Shown: positions 1 to 9,594 of the stretch, piece by piece
How positions within the stretch are numbered: the stretch's first letter is position 1
Layout of the letters: each line of letters begins with the position of its first letter
IMG/VR virus record: IMGVR_UViG_3300034019_001883
Coordinates: 1 to 64,000 of that record
DNA: 64,000 nt
From: an uncultured virus (IMG/VR IMGVR_UViG_3300034019_001883)
Taxonomy: Duplodnaviria > Heunggongvirae > Uroviricota > Caudoviricetes
Direction: 5' to 3' (one strand)
Notes under the pieces: model-generated
Told to the model about the DNA's origin: nothing
Databases searched by the model: none
What the model saw: the letters and a program-made list of their open reading frames with translations, nothing else
Position numbers and translations under genes: made by a program

Positions 1-2
1 AT

Positions 3-155
3 CTCAGTTATTCCGGCAACCTAACCTTAGATCTAGGCTGGATTGGCTTTAGCAACCAGTCACCCGGCTATGGATGGAACGGCGACGCTGACGACTTTCG
101 ACTCTATTCCACCGTCCTTACCCAGGCAGAAATTGCCGCTATTGCGAGTAGCTAA
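3..155 (+). CDS. Partial CDS (3' end), LamG/concanavalin-A-like domain protein
   Basis: Frame 3 reads ...GWNGDADDFRLYSTVLTQAEIAAIASS*, resembling the LamG C-terminal G.iDd.R.Y..aL...EI pattern; TAATG coupling to next ORF. Confidence 0.65.
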   Translation, partial: LSYSGNLTLDLGWIGFSNQSPGYGWNGDADDFRLYSTVLTQAEIAAIASS

Positions 156-448
156 TGAGTAAATCCCTTGTCCTTGCCTCCGGCCAACTCCAAACTACGG
201 CAATTGTCCCCGCCGTTGCCTTTCGGCCTGAGTTGCACTACAAGGAAGTCACCTACCCGAATGCAAATACTACTCGAATTAGCTATTACCCGACCAGCGC
301 CAAGACCACTGAGCTATATCGGATCACCCTCACCCGCACAAACGGGATTGTCACCGGCAGGGTGGACAACGATTACACCCAAAGTATTACCCGAACGACC
401 AGCTACACCCGTACCAACGGGATTATTTCTTCTGCGGAGGTGAGCTAA
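155..448 (+). CDS. Hypothetical virion-associated protein (Thr/Tyr-rich beta strands)
   Basis: TAATG coupling at both ends; composition similar to 60227-60607. Confidence 0.6.
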   Translation: MSKSLVLASGQLQTTAIVPAVAFRPELHYKEVTYPNANTTRISYYPTSAKTTELYRITLTRTNGIVTGRVDNDYTQSITRTTSYTRTNGIISSAEVS

Positions 449-945
449 TGCAAACTATTACCAGTGCAGCGATCCTGGGTTCTCGCTACACCAGTGGGGT
501 GCAGTATCGCCTATTCGATGGCGCTACTCTTGGTGCTTTGCAAAATCCTACCCACTTGGGCGGCGGCATCTGGCGGGCGGTGGTGCAACTACCCGACGCT
601 GGCGGCGAAGTGCGCTGGTTTGCCAACGCTGGGGCGGTGCCGCTGGGGATTGATGTGGTGGATGCGGCGCCATCCGTTAGTGTCGGTGAAAACATTGCCC
701 AGTCAATTTGGACCTACAACCAAGGCGATCGCTCCCTTTCTGGCAGCCAAGCCAATCTATTTTCTAACCTTCTATCCTTGGTGCAGGCCTTCACCCTGGG
801 GCGCCACCGCATCGACTTTGCTGCTAGTACAACCACCCAGTACAACATAGATGGCACCGTGCGACAGGTATTCAACCTCAGGGACAAGGACGGCAGCCCC
901 GCCACCAATGCTCAGACCGCCGTTGATCGGGTGCCCCAGCCATGA
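448..945 (+). CDS. Hypothetical phage protein
   Basis: 165-aa ORF coupled to the upstream gene. Confidence 0.65.
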   Translation: MQTITSAAILGSRYTSGVQYRLFDGATLGALQNPTHLGGGIWRAVVQLPDAGGEVRWFANAGAVPLGIDVVDAAPSVSVGENIAQSIWTYNQGDRSLSGSQANLFSNLLSLVQAFTLGRHRIDFAASTTTQYNIDGTVRQVFNLRDKDGSPATNAQTAVDRVPQP

Positions 946-987
946 GCCATCTTCCCGACGTCAGCAAAAAGGTAGGGAGCTAACCCC

Positions 988-1212
988 ATGCTCTACCCCC
1001 TTGGGCTAACCGGCACCCTTTACCCCCTTGGGCTACACCCTGGCTTGGTAGCCATGCTGATCAAATTTTGCCTAAACCGCCTAGCGATCGCGCCATCGCC
1101 CGCCCTTGCCCTTGCCTTGATGCCATCGCCCGCCCTTGCCCTTGCCTTGATGCCATCGCCGGCCCTCGATCTAGTCCTGGAGCAATGCGACCATGCTGTT
1201 GATACCTACTGA
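988..1212 (+). CDS. Small hypothetical protein with internal tandem repeats
   Basis: ATG ORF overlapping the next start; LYPLGL x2 and PSPALALALM repeats. Confidence 0.45.
   Translation: MLYPLGLTGTLYPLGLHPGLVAMLIKFCLNRLAIAPSPALALALMPSPALALALMPSPALDLVLEQCDHAVDTY
1092..1167 (+). repeat. 30-bp tandem repeat (about 2.5 copies)
   Basis: gccatcgcccgcccttgcccttgccttgat repeated. Confidence 0.85.
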
Positions 1213-1648
1213 TAGCGCCCTGGTTCTATCGGGCGATCGCTTGTACATTGGCGATACTTTTACCCTTAGCTTTAGCCTATCAGTGGAAAGCATGGAGGCT
1301 AGCTTTCGACCTAACTTGAGCCAGGTCAACCTCCGCATGATCGGCAAGCGTAACCCAGGCGACCCGGACGAGAAGGCGTTATTTGATAGCGCTCGGGCGA
1401 CTAATCCCTACTGCACGATCGCCACTGATCCACCGGTAGGCACCACCTTGAGCGGACGCATCACCATCAACGGCGCGGCGACCGCCAGCCTAAAAACCTT
1501 CAAGCCCCAACCAGAGCTAGCCAGCCCAACGACCCAGCAAGCGGTGTTGCACTTCGCCTTTACCGCCCTCTACCAAGGCGAAAGCCGCCGCAAGGTGTTA
1601 GAGACTGGTGAAATTGTATTGCGCCGCGATCGCATCGAAGATCCATGA
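1193..1648 (+). CDS. Hypothetical protein (possibly a BppU-N/Ig-like virion accessory)
   Basis: 151 aa; 'LYIGDTFTLSF...GRITI...T..L...LETGEIVL' pattern; ATGA overlap with next gene. Confidence 0.55.
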   Translation: MLLIPTDSALVLSGDRLYIGDTFTLSFSLSVESMEASFRPNLSQVNLRMIGKRNPGDPDEKALFDSARATNPYCTIATDPPVGTTLSGRITINGAATASLKTFKPQPELASPTTQQAVLHFAFTALYQGESRRKVLETGEIVLRRDRIEDP

Positions 1649-2370
1649 TTTACTACCGTTTCTATGGATGTTTGTACGAGCACCGGGGTGATCGCCTGTG
1701 CAAGGTAGCGGTCGGCACGATGCAGACCCGTAATGGTGTCCAGTACCAGCTAAACCAAAACCATCGCTGGCAACGGATCAAAGATTTTGCTGTCCATGAG
1801 GGTGATGAGGTAGGGCGCAATGTGGCGGCATGGAAAGCGGGTAAGGTAATTGGCGGAGCGGTCGCTAACCACGCGATCGCCATGGGTGCTGACCCGATGG
1901 CCGCCCAATTGATTTCAGAAACCGTGGTGCAGGCAGGTACGGCAACAGCGCTATGGGTCGCCCAGCAAGCCCGTAAAGGCACCCTTACCGCCGAAGGGTT
2001 AGCGGCTTACTTTGTCCAACAATCAGCGGCGGCAGCCCTTGGCAAGATGGCCCACCACGAGGCAGAACATTGGTTGCATACCTACAATGCCCAAGCGATC
2101 GCCCAGCAGGTAGGACCGATCCTAGCGGGCAAGGGGGCAGGGTTAGGGACGGTTGCCACGACCGCTAAGACCAAAGCCCATACCGCCTTGGTAGACTGGG
2201 TGGTTAGCCGCGGCAAGCATGACCTAGCGATGCTGGGCAAGGTGTTTGGCCATGACCTAGCCAAGGCGGCTGACCCGCAGGCGATCGCATTGTTGTGGCA
2301 ATTGCACCAGGCTGGTATTGCCATGGCCGCTATGCAGTTGAGGTATGCCCATGATGAACATCAGCCCTGA
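1645..2370 (+). CDS. Leader-bearing hypothetical protein (putative head-internal protein)
   Basis: N-terminus MIYYRFYGCLY...LCKVAVGT..TRNGVQYQLNQNHRW resembles the starts of 18626 and the 14890-14990 segment. Confidence 0.7.
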   Translation: MIYYRFYGCLYEHRGDRLCKVAVGTMQTRNGVQYQLNQNHRWQRIKDFAVHEGDEVGRNVAAWKAGKVIGGAVANHAIAMGADPMAAQLISETVVQAGTATALWVAQQARKGTLTAEGLAAYFVQQSAAAALGKMAHHEAEHWLHTYNAQAIAQQVGPILAGKGAGLGTVATTAKTKAHTALVDWVVSRGKHDLAMLGKVFGHDLAKAADPQAIALLWQLHQAGIAMAAMQLRYAHDEHQP

Positions 2371-2500
2371 ACGCGCCGAACTATTGAAGCTAAAGGCCAT
2401 GAGCGACGAGGAGCGGCTTAGTTACTTGCTAGCCCGCCACGCGCTTATCCCCCTTGGCAGCCCATTGCCGCCCATCCATCAAGTGCTATGCGAACCCTAA
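2351..2500 (+). CDS. Small hypothetical protein (49 aa)
   Basis: MMNISPERAELLKLKAMSDEERLSYLL..., fills the gap and overlaps both neighbours. Confidence 0.4.
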   Translation: MMNISPERAELLKLKAMSDEERLSYLLARHALIPLGSPLPPIHQVLCEP

Positions 2501-5500
2501 CGCCAAAGTCTAAACGCAAGCCATTGCGCCCCAAGGGTGTGTTTGATCTGGAGATCCAGCCCGGCGATCGCCTGTACTTTGTCGGCGAGGACTGTGAATT
2601 ATACCGGGGCGAACAATGCCTGGGGCGCTATGGCTACCACTGGGAGGATGAGCTAACCAAGGCGGTACAGCGCACCCAACTAGCCCTGGTGGAGGGCGAA
2701 GAAAGGCCGGTTAAGGGTCCTAATGTCACCAGCATGAAGCCGGAGGCGAAGGCACCCAAGGCACCCAAGGCACCGCCCAAGCCTGAGGAACAACCCCAAA
2801 CCGGCGAACGATGGATTACTATCCACCCCAATAAGGACAACCCGGACTCCTACGTCAGGGTGAAGATCCGCCAGCACCCGGACGGCACCGCCAGTGTCAT
2901 TGCAGGCGCCGGCGGCAAACTGAACCAGTTGCGCCTGACCAAGCTACGCAGCCCGGAGGAATGGAAAGAACGCGCCGCTGAACGCAAGCAAAAACGCCTG
3001 GAGAAAGAAGAAAAGCGCCGGGCGGAGTTAAGTGAGGGCGATCGCCAAGCAGAAGACGACGAAACCACCCAAGCCCGGGAGTACCACCGGGGCGAACGGC
3101 ACCGTAATGCCAAGGCTACTTTAGACGCCTACCAGGAGGCAGGGCTAGACCACGGGCTAACGCCGGAGCACCTAGCCGCCCTCGATACCCCCGCTAGTGC
3201 TGACACTGACCCGGAGGAAGCCAAGCAAGTCGAAGCCTTGGCACGAGAGGCGGTCCAAAAGGCGGCCGCTATCCAAAAAGCCTACGAGCAACGCCTTGTC
3301 CAAGACCACGATGCCCGGGCCGCCGCCAAGCTTGGTGATGAATCCTTGGAGGGGCTAGGTAACCCGCTCCAGCAGGACATTGACCACACCGCCTATGGCA
3401 CCGACGGTGACACCATCTCTAACCTCACCCAACTGCCTAATGGGCAATGGCTAGTCACCGGCGGCGATAAGGCGGATGCTACCTTTGACACCTGGCAGGA
3501 GGCGGCTAAATATCACCTGGGTAATGTCAACGAGTACGACGGCACCGCCGGCGATCGCAGCCAGCCCGATGACTTTTACAACCCTAAGCTATGGGTCGCT
3601 AACCCCGATGGCGTTGACTTCTCCCCTCAGCTAGCCGGGCAAATGGCGGCCCTGGCCCTGCAGCGCAAAGAGATTGATCGCTCTGATAAAGCGGCCGGTA
3701 AGGCTATCAAAAAGAAAATGCCATGGAAGCGAGAACAGGGGTTTGACATTGGTGGGGTCAGCGGCATCGACGACCAAGCCGCGATCGCTCAGTTGGACCA
3801 GGATGCCAAAACCATCGAGGATGCCCTCACCCACGGCAAGCTATTGGATATGGCGGGGCTGTTGGACCCCCAAGCGATGGCCAAACATCTACAGACCGGT
3901 GGCATGGCCCAACTTGGGGAAATCGCCTCGGACGTGCTCAAAGTTGCCCAGGTTGATCCGGCAATCATCGCCCAGATGGGCCACGATGAAGCGGCCAAGC
4001 TGATTGCCTACCAGATCCGTCAGGCGGTGGGGGATAGGGAGTATCAGGCGATCGCGGCAGCCCAGGCGGCCCACCACGGCCAATGGTCCACCGAGTACGC
4101 TAACCAAGTGATTGCCGAAAATCAACCCCGCCTGGACGCCCTGCGCGACATCCACCGCCGTATGCAGGAAATCGAAGCGGCCAAGGACGGCGACTATACC
4201 GCCGACCAATTGATTGAATTGGATACCCTCTCCTACCAGTCGGAAACATTGCAGAAGTCGTTGCAGCAATCCATCGGCACCGCCCTGGGGCAATTACAGG
4301 CCAGTGCGGCCATGACCCTGGCGCTAGAGTCCAAGCCCCGTAGCCTACGCTTTGCCGTCAAGGGTAGCCATGGCGATGTGGCCGACGTGCCCGGGCTATT
4401 GTCTACCGATGACAGCCCATCAATCTGGAGCAGCTACGGACTAACCGCTGAAGACTTTAGCCTGGAGGATGGCCCGGACGGGCAGCTGGTATCCATCGAA
4501 CCCAGCGGCATGGAAAAGCTTGCCACCGCCACCTATAACCCGGAAGACCGGGACGCCTACGAGGAAGCGATCGCCATTAAGCGCGGTGCCTACGACGAGG
4601 ACGGGTTCACTCCCGCCGGGTTTGCCTACCGCCCTGAGTCCACCTTCACCGATGTGCGGGCCGAGGCACAGCAGTTTGATACCACGTTTAACTACCAGCC
4701 GGAGATGGATGATGCCGGTGTGGAGCAGGCAATTAAACAATACCTGGGTGCCCGGGTTGCCAATGGCGACGATCCGTTGTCAGTACGCCGGGATTTATTT
4801 TCGCCGGAGCTTTACCTAAACCTTGGGCTGAACCAGGATGATGCCCTGCGGGTTAATGGGGCGGTGCAGGCGATGGACCTGAAGCTATTCGGCAAGGATG
4901 CCCCCGGGCAAGCCCAGATCCGCAACGCCTACCAAGAGCTAGGCGACCAAGCCGCCGCCGCCCAGCGTAGCGCCCGGGCGACCGATGACCTGCAAGCGCT
5001 CCACAGCCAAAACCTCAACACCGATACCGCCAAGGAAGCCGCCCACCGTGCCCTAGCCGCTATGCCCATGGCAAGGGCTGTCCTTAAGCCCATGGACCAG
5101 CTTTCTACCCAGGAACGCAAATACTTGAGGGACTATGCCATCACCGAAGTGATGGGCGAAACGCTGGAGGCACCAGCCAAGAAAGAAGCTACCCCCGAGG
5201 AGGACGTACCTCAGACCGGATCCCTATTCGACCTAGGCAGCTACGACGAACCCGGCGACAAGCCCGCCAACGACTACCGCGAACCATCCCAGTGGGACCG
5301 GTTTTGCCGCATCATGGGCGGTGAACAGAAAGCCTATGATGCCATCCGCGATCGCCTTAAGGGTAATTTCTATAGCCGTTTTGCTAGTGCCTATAGCGCC
5401 ATCGAAGGCAAGCCATTGCTGACTGGCAGCCAAACCCTCACCCATGTAGATCGCTTGGCCGCCGCCAGCCTGCCGCCGGAGGAGCGGGATGAACTACTGG

Positions 5501-7485
5501 CCCACCTGCGATCGCTGGACCAATCCGAAATGGCTCAAGCCCGTAACCGCCAAGGGGGTAAGTTTGCCGTTGAGATGGATGATTGGCTGGACAAGTACCA
5601 CGAACTAAAGGGCAAGGACCGGCAGCTAGGGCTACTCACCACCGAGACAGAACGGCAGGGCGTCGATAATACTCAATGGCAACGCACCACCCTAGGCACC
5701 CAGGCGGAGCAGGACTTAAACGATGCCCTCCAAAGCGTCCTGCCGGGCTTTGAGCAAGTCAACTCAGCGGTAAACATCTACCCCGAAGTACGCTGGAATG
5801 GTGGCTTTGTCGCCCATCAGCGCGGGCTAAAGCTACTAGAACGCCAAAAGAAGATCGGCATGCACTATAGTGCCGGTTCTGGAAAGACATCAGGGATGCT
5901 CGGTGCCTTCACCCACTTGCACAGCCAGGGTAAAGTCACCCGCACCCTGGTAGCGGTGCCCTCCGGCATCCTGGGGCAGGCGGTGGGGGAATGTGCCACC
6001 TTTCTAGAACCTGGGCAGTATAGCTACTCCGCCAATATCGGATGGGACCGGGAGAAGCGCTTAGAGGCATTGCGTAATCCCGATATGCAATTGCACTTTA
6101 CCACCCGGGAATCACTCGCCAGTGACCTATTGCACCTGGTGGAAAAACACACTGGCATCGGGGCGGAGGACTTTCAAAATACCGATGCCCGCAGCGAGGA
6201 CGATCGCCGATCGCTCCTCCTAACCGCCTTGCAAAAAGAAGGCATTGACCCCAGCAGCCTTCTATTCAGCGTTGACGAAGCCCACGACCTATCCCGCCGT
6301 CAGGGTGTATCACCGTCCCGGCGATCGCTGGTCCTTGATGCCCTGGCCTACCATAGCGCCTACCATATCAACGCCACCGGCACGCCCCTGAAAAATGACG
6401 CCTCTGAAATTGCTGACTTCCTGCAAAAGGTAGGGGCACCTGAAGTAAAGGACGTTAGTGCCTTTATGGCCCGCTATGGCAAAAATACCCAAGCAAGCCG
6501 CCGTAGCCTACAGCGATTGGTGGCAAAGTACGCCTACGCGATCGCCGTCAAGCCTACCACCAAGGACGGGCAGGAGTTATCCATGCGGATGGAGCAGCCT
6601 AAGATCGCTTTATCTGACCACCAAAAGACTCAGCGGGCAGAACTACTAAAGCACTACGACACCCTACAAGCCTGGCGGGAGCAGGAACTACCCAAGGTAA
6701 TGGCGGCTAAGCGGGAGCGGGGCGATAACTCACCCCTCAATACCAAAGACCTTGCCCATGCCTGGGAGGATGAGGGCGTTAGAGCCGCGATCGCCGTCCT
6801 GTCGCCTGAGTCCTACGGCAAGCTAGACGATGCCACCAAGCAAGTTAAGGCAGGCGGGCAGTTGCTAGGCGCCTCCGCGCTTAAGTACGCCGCCCTATCG
6901 CGGCTCTACCACCAGACTGACTACGCCAACAACGGCAAGGCGCAGCACGTCGTTAAAATGGCCGCCCAAGCCAAGGCAGACGGTAAACCCATGGTGATCT
7001 TTGCCGCCTCCGCCCAGGCCGCCCAGATGTTGCGGAACCAGCTTGCCAAGGAGGGTCACCGGGTAGGCTATATCGACGGCACCCTGGGGCCAGCGGAAAA
7101 GGACAAAGAACGCCTACGGTTCTCCCCCGTCGCCGGCGAGGATGCTGAAACCGACATTCTAGTGACCACCGACGCCGCCCAGACTGGCCTTAACCTGCAA
7201 CGGGGTAAGTTACTAGTTCACTACGATATTCCCCTCACCCAAAAGGCATGGGACCAGCGCTCAGCCCGTATCTACCGCCGGGGCCAGACCGATGACGTTG
7301 ACGTGCATACCCTAGTCGCTGATGCGCCGGAGGACGCGATCGCCCTAGCCCGAATGCAGCGCAAAGGTAGCGACAGCGAACTATTCCAGGGGGCTGATGC
7401 CACCCAGGGCCATGCTGAACTATTGGACGATACCGGACTAGCCGCCGCGATCGCGGAGTTTATGCAGGAAGATGATCCGGGTTGA
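2488..7485 (+). CDS. Large SNF2/SF2 helicase-like polyvalent protein (DarB-like, likely virion-delivered)
   Basis: 1665 aa; Walker A AGSGKT, VDEAH, ATGTP, TDAAQTGLNLQ, QRSARIYRRGQ; N-terminal ERWITIHPN motif. Confidence 0.8.
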   Translation: MRTLTPKSKRKPLRPKGVFDLEIQPGDRLYFVGEDCELYRGEQCLGRYGYHWEDELTKAVQRTQLALVEGEERPVKGPNVTSMKPEAKAPKAPKAPPKPEEQPQTGERWITIHPNKDNPDSYVRVKIRQHPDGTASVIAGAGGKLNQLRLTKLRSPEEWKERAAERKQKRLEKEEKRRAELSEGDRQAEDDETTQAREYHRGERHRNAKATLDAYQEAGLDHGLTPEHLAALDTPASADTDPEEAKQVEALAREAVQKAAAIQKAYEQRLVQDHDARAAAKLGDESLEGLGNPLQQDIDHTAYGTDGDTISNLTQLPNGQWLVTGGDKADATFDTWQEAAKYHLGNVNEYDGTAGDRSQPDDFYNPKLWVANPDGVDFSPQLAGQMAALALQRKEIDRSDKAAGKAIKKKMPWKREQGFDIGGVSGIDDQAAIAQLDQDAKTIEDALTHGKLLDMAGLLDPQAMAKHLQTGGMAQLGEIASDVLKVAQVDPAIIAQMGHDEAAKLIAYQIRQAVGDREYQAIAAAQAAHHGQWSTEYANQVIAENQPRLDALRDIHRRMQEIEAAKDGDYTADQLIELDTLSYQSETLQKSLQQSIGTALGQLQASAAMTLALESKPRSLRFAVKGSHGDVADVPGLLSTDDSPSIWSSYGLTAEDFSLEDGPDGQLVSIEPSGMEKLATATYNPEDRDAYEEAIAIKRGAYDEDGFTPAGFAYRPESTFTDVRAEAQQFDTTFNYQPEMDDAGVEQAIKQYLGARVANGDDPLSVRRDLFSPELYLNLGLNQDDALRVNGAVQAMDLKLFGKDAPGQAQIRNAYQELGDQAAAAQRSARATDDLQALHSQNLNTDTAKEAAHRALAAMPMARAVLKPMDQLSTQERKYLRDYAITEVMGETLEAPAKKEATPEEDVPQTGSLFDLGSYDEPGDKPANDYREPSQWDRFCRIMGGEQKAYDAIRDRLKGNFYSRFASAYSAIEGKPLLTGSQTLTHVDRLAAASLPPEERDELLAHLRSLDQSEMAQARNRQGGKFAVEMDDWLDKYHELKGKDRQLGLLTTETERQGVDNTQWQRTTLGTQAEQDLNDALQSVLPGFEQVNSAVNIYPEVRWNGGFVAHQRGLKLLERQKKIGMHYSAGSGKTSGMLGAFTHLHSQGKVTRTLVAVPSGILGQAVGECATFLEPGQYSYSANIGWDREKRLEALRNPDMQLHFTTRESLASDLLHLVEKHTGIGAEDFQNTDARSEDDRRSLLLTALQKEGIDPSSLLFSVDEAHDLSRRQGVSPSRRSLVLDALAYHSAYHINATGTPLKNDASEIADFLQKVGAPEVKDVSAFMARYGKNTQASRRSLQRLVAKYAYAIAVKPTTKDGQELSMRMEQPKIALSDHQKTQRAELLKHYDTLQAWREQELPKVMAAKRERGDNSPLNTKDLAHAWEDEGVRAAIAVLSPESYGKLDDATKQVKAGGQLLGASALKYAALSRLYHQTDYANNGKAQHVVKMAAQAKADGKPMVIFAASAQAAQMLRNQLAKEGHRVGYIDGTLGPAEKDKERLRFSPVAGEDAETDILVTTDAAQTGLNLQRGKLLVHYDIPLTQKAWDQRSARIYRRGQTDDVDVHTLVADAPEDAIALARMQRKGSDSELFQGADATQGHAELLDDTGLAAAIAEFMQEDDPG

Positions 7486-7605
7486 CGCTGGGGGTTTTGT
7501 TTTGGGTGACTATTGCAAAATTAAAACCAGAATGCAAATCAACAATGCAGTTGTTAAAATAGTCCAATACCTGAGGTGGATTCCCTCAACTAGTTGGATT
7601 CAACT

Positions 7606-8073
7606 ATGCCCAGAAAAACGTACTCTTTCACCGAAAAGGTGAATCGCGGTCATGCCATGGAGCACATGGTCGCCTGCATGTTCCGTACTATTTGCGATTT
7701 CACTGTAACTGAGCAATATCGCACCGGCACCCATAGTACGATAGACGACGCCAAAATAGTCGTAGACGGCTATATTCACCCCTGCGAAGCATGGCCCAGG
7801 GGACTCTGCTACGAGTGCAAGGGGCAGGATGTGGCCGGAAGCGCCCACAAGCGCCTCGTTTACCATATTGAGGACGCTAAGCAAAGCGTCTACCCTGCCC
7901 CGTTGCTGTTTATCATCGACGGCGCGTTTTTTGCCAAAGACAAGGCAGGGCAAAAAACCTTTGAGTGGATGAAGAAGCAAGTGGACGGTGAAACTATTGT
8001 CGGGGTTATCAATACTTCGGAGTTAATTACGTGGTGCCAGCGGCATAAAGGGAGGCCAGGATGCTTTGCATAA
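7606..8073 (+). CDS. PD-(D/E)xK nuclease-like protein
   Basis: VVDGYI...YECKGQDVAGSA (D...ExK) and LLFIIDG. Confidence 0.6.
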   Translation: MPRKTYSFTEKVNRGHAMEHMVACMFRTICDFTVTEQYRTGTHSTIDDAKIVVDGYIHPCEAWPRGLCYECKGQDVAGSAHKRLVYHIEDAKQSVYPAPLLFIIDGAFFAKDKAGQKTFEWMKKQVDGETIVGVINTSELITWCQRHKGRPGCFA

Positions 8074-8288
8074 GCCTTACTGAACTAAACGACGAAGGTT
8101 ACCCCTACGTGATTCTGCGCTATGCCCCGACTATGGAGCGGGCGATCGCGTTGTGCCAAAAATGGTCTAAAGCCAGAGCTAAATTTAACCACCTGATTGA
8201 AATTTGGAATGGCGATTACAACGACAATGAACCTGCTTATGTGATTTGCAGAGAGCCTAACCCGATAGATGAATCCGATCTAGCTTAG
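8061..8288 (+). CDS. Hypothetical protein
   Basis: GGAGG RBS upstream; overlaps previous stop; followed by a hairpin. Confidence 0.6.
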   Translation: MLCISLTELNDEGYPYVILRYAPTMERAIALCQKWSKARAKFNHLIEIWNGDYNDNEPAYVICREPNPIDESDLA

Positions 8289-8304
8289 CCTGATTAGATT
8301 CTAT

Positions 8305-8340
8305 AGACCCAGGGCAAGACTTAACCGCCCTGGGCTCTTT
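8305..8340 (+). terminator. Probable intrinsic terminator
   Basis: cccagggc...gccctggg stem followed by ctcttt. Confidence 0.5.
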
Positions 8341-8377
8341 ATTGGCTGAAACGATCAGCCTGCAAGGGTTTTAGCGC

Positions 8378-8457
8378 ATGTAGGGCAACCTTTTTTTTTA
8401 CTTGCCCTACATATATGGTAAGATGTAGGGCAAGTTGTTTTTTTACTTGCCCTACAT
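8378..8457. promoter_or_regulatory. Two tandem inverted-repeat operators ATGTAGGGCAA-N13-TTGCCCTACAT
   Basis: Arms at 8378-8388/8402-8412 and 8423-8433/8447-8457. Confidence 0.75.
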
Positions 8458-8704
8458 GATTTACGTCGTTATTCGGTCTGGCGAATCATCCCTTGGTGAA
8501 CCCCTTGGGGCTTACAGTGACATAGGCGAAGCTTTGGCTTTTTGCTGCCGCTGGCTGGGGATTGAGTCTCCCCAAGATTTTGTTTACGACGGCGATGAAG
8601 ATATTGCCGTTTTTGGGGTACCAATTGATGAGCCCTTAACCTATGGTGCTCATTGGCAATCTGTACTTTCTTTTGGGGAAGACGGCTATGTCAGCGCTGC
8701 CTAG
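8456..8704 (+). CDS. Hypothetical protein
   Basis: MIYVVIRSGESSLGEPLGAYS..., overlaps the MTase start. Confidence 0.55.
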   Translation: MIYVVIRSGESSLGEPLGAYSDIGEALAFCCRWLGIESPQDFVYDGDEDIAVFGVPIDEPLTYGAHWQSVLSFGEDGYVSAA

Positions 8705-9491
8705 TAAGACGGCTTTGTTGGCGCAAAAAAAGAAAATGCTGCGCGAAGCGCCGATGTACCCAATCTTGCCGAACGGATGGTTTTTGCATTCTTTCAAGGT
8801 GCGAAATAGGGCGAATGCCATAATCCGTTTGCGTAGACTGAAATCTCCCGATGCACCACAGCTCCCTAACGGCAAAAGTTCTATGTACTTAGGGATAGAG
8901 GGTAGCCCTAAGCACCAAGAATACTTAGAAATGTGGAGGCGTCGGGAAATGCTGGCGGCGATAGATTCAGCCCTGGCCGCTTTTGACCGCCTTGACGCTA
9001 TTAGGGAGAAGACGGTAATTGAGCAACCTAGCCCAGAGTGGTACACGCCGCCCGAATTTGTTGATATGGCCCGGTCAGTCCTAGGAGGGATTGACCTTGA
9101 CCCAGCCAGCAACCCGATCGCTCAGGGGTGGGTTAAAGCAGAAAAGTATTACACCAAGGATGACGACGGCTTAGCTCAGCCCTGGGCCGGTCGAGTCTGG
9201 TGCAATCCGCCCTATGGCAAATTCTCCAAGCTATTTATGGAGAGGGCGCTAGGGTTTTATCAGTCTGGCCAGGTTACCGACTGCATTTTCCTGGTAAATC
9301 GCACCGGAGCGGCCTGGTACATGGACCTGACCCAGCGGTTTACCGCCGTCTGCCAAGTTAGAAAACGGATCAGTTTCTGGACCCCCGAGGGCAAACCCGA
9401 AGGCAGTCCCCGCTACTACAACGATTTCCTTTACCTGGGACCATCAGCCAAAAAATTCAAAAAGATGTTTTCCGAAGTTGGCAAAGTTTGA
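8688..9491 (+). CDS. Phage DNA N6-adenine methyltransferase (Dam-like family)
   Basis: EWYTPP, IDLDPAS, DGLAQPW, VWCNPPYG motifs; start could be 8643. Confidence 0.85.
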   Translation: MSALPSKTALLAQKKKMLREAPMYPILPNGWFLHSFKVRNRANAIIRLRRLKSPDAPQLPNGKSSMYLGIEGSPKHQEYLEMWRRREMLAAIDSALAAFDRLDAIREKTVIEQPSPEWYTPPEFVDMARSVLGGIDLDPASNPIAQGWVKAEKYYTKDDDGLAQPWAGRVWCNPPYGKFSKLFMERALGFYQSGQVTDCIFLVNRTGAAWYMDLTQRFTAVCQVRKRISFWTPEGKPEGSPRYYNDFLYLGPSAKKFKKMFSEVGKV

Positions 9492-9497
9492 GGCAGA

Positions 9498-9521
9498 CCC
9501 CCGGCGATCGCTGGGGGTTTT
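9498..9521 (+). terminator. Intrinsic terminator with a HIP1-containing hairpin
   Basis: cccccggcgatcgctggggg followed by ttttt. Confidence 0.65.
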
Positions 9522-9594
9522 GCTTTGGCATTTCTCCGTAGTAAAAACGCTATAGACGTGTTAAAAATACACTTGTATTGTTTTTTTGCTTTCT

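Noticed and set aside
8378..8457. CRISPR mini-array
   Set aside because: Only two units with a spacer of about 10 bp and no cas genes; better explained as operators.
7606..9491. Type II restriction-modification pair
   Set aside because: Nuclease and MTase are separated by two ORFs and a terminator-like hairpin, and the MTase is of the typically orphan phage type; not excluded, but unsupported.
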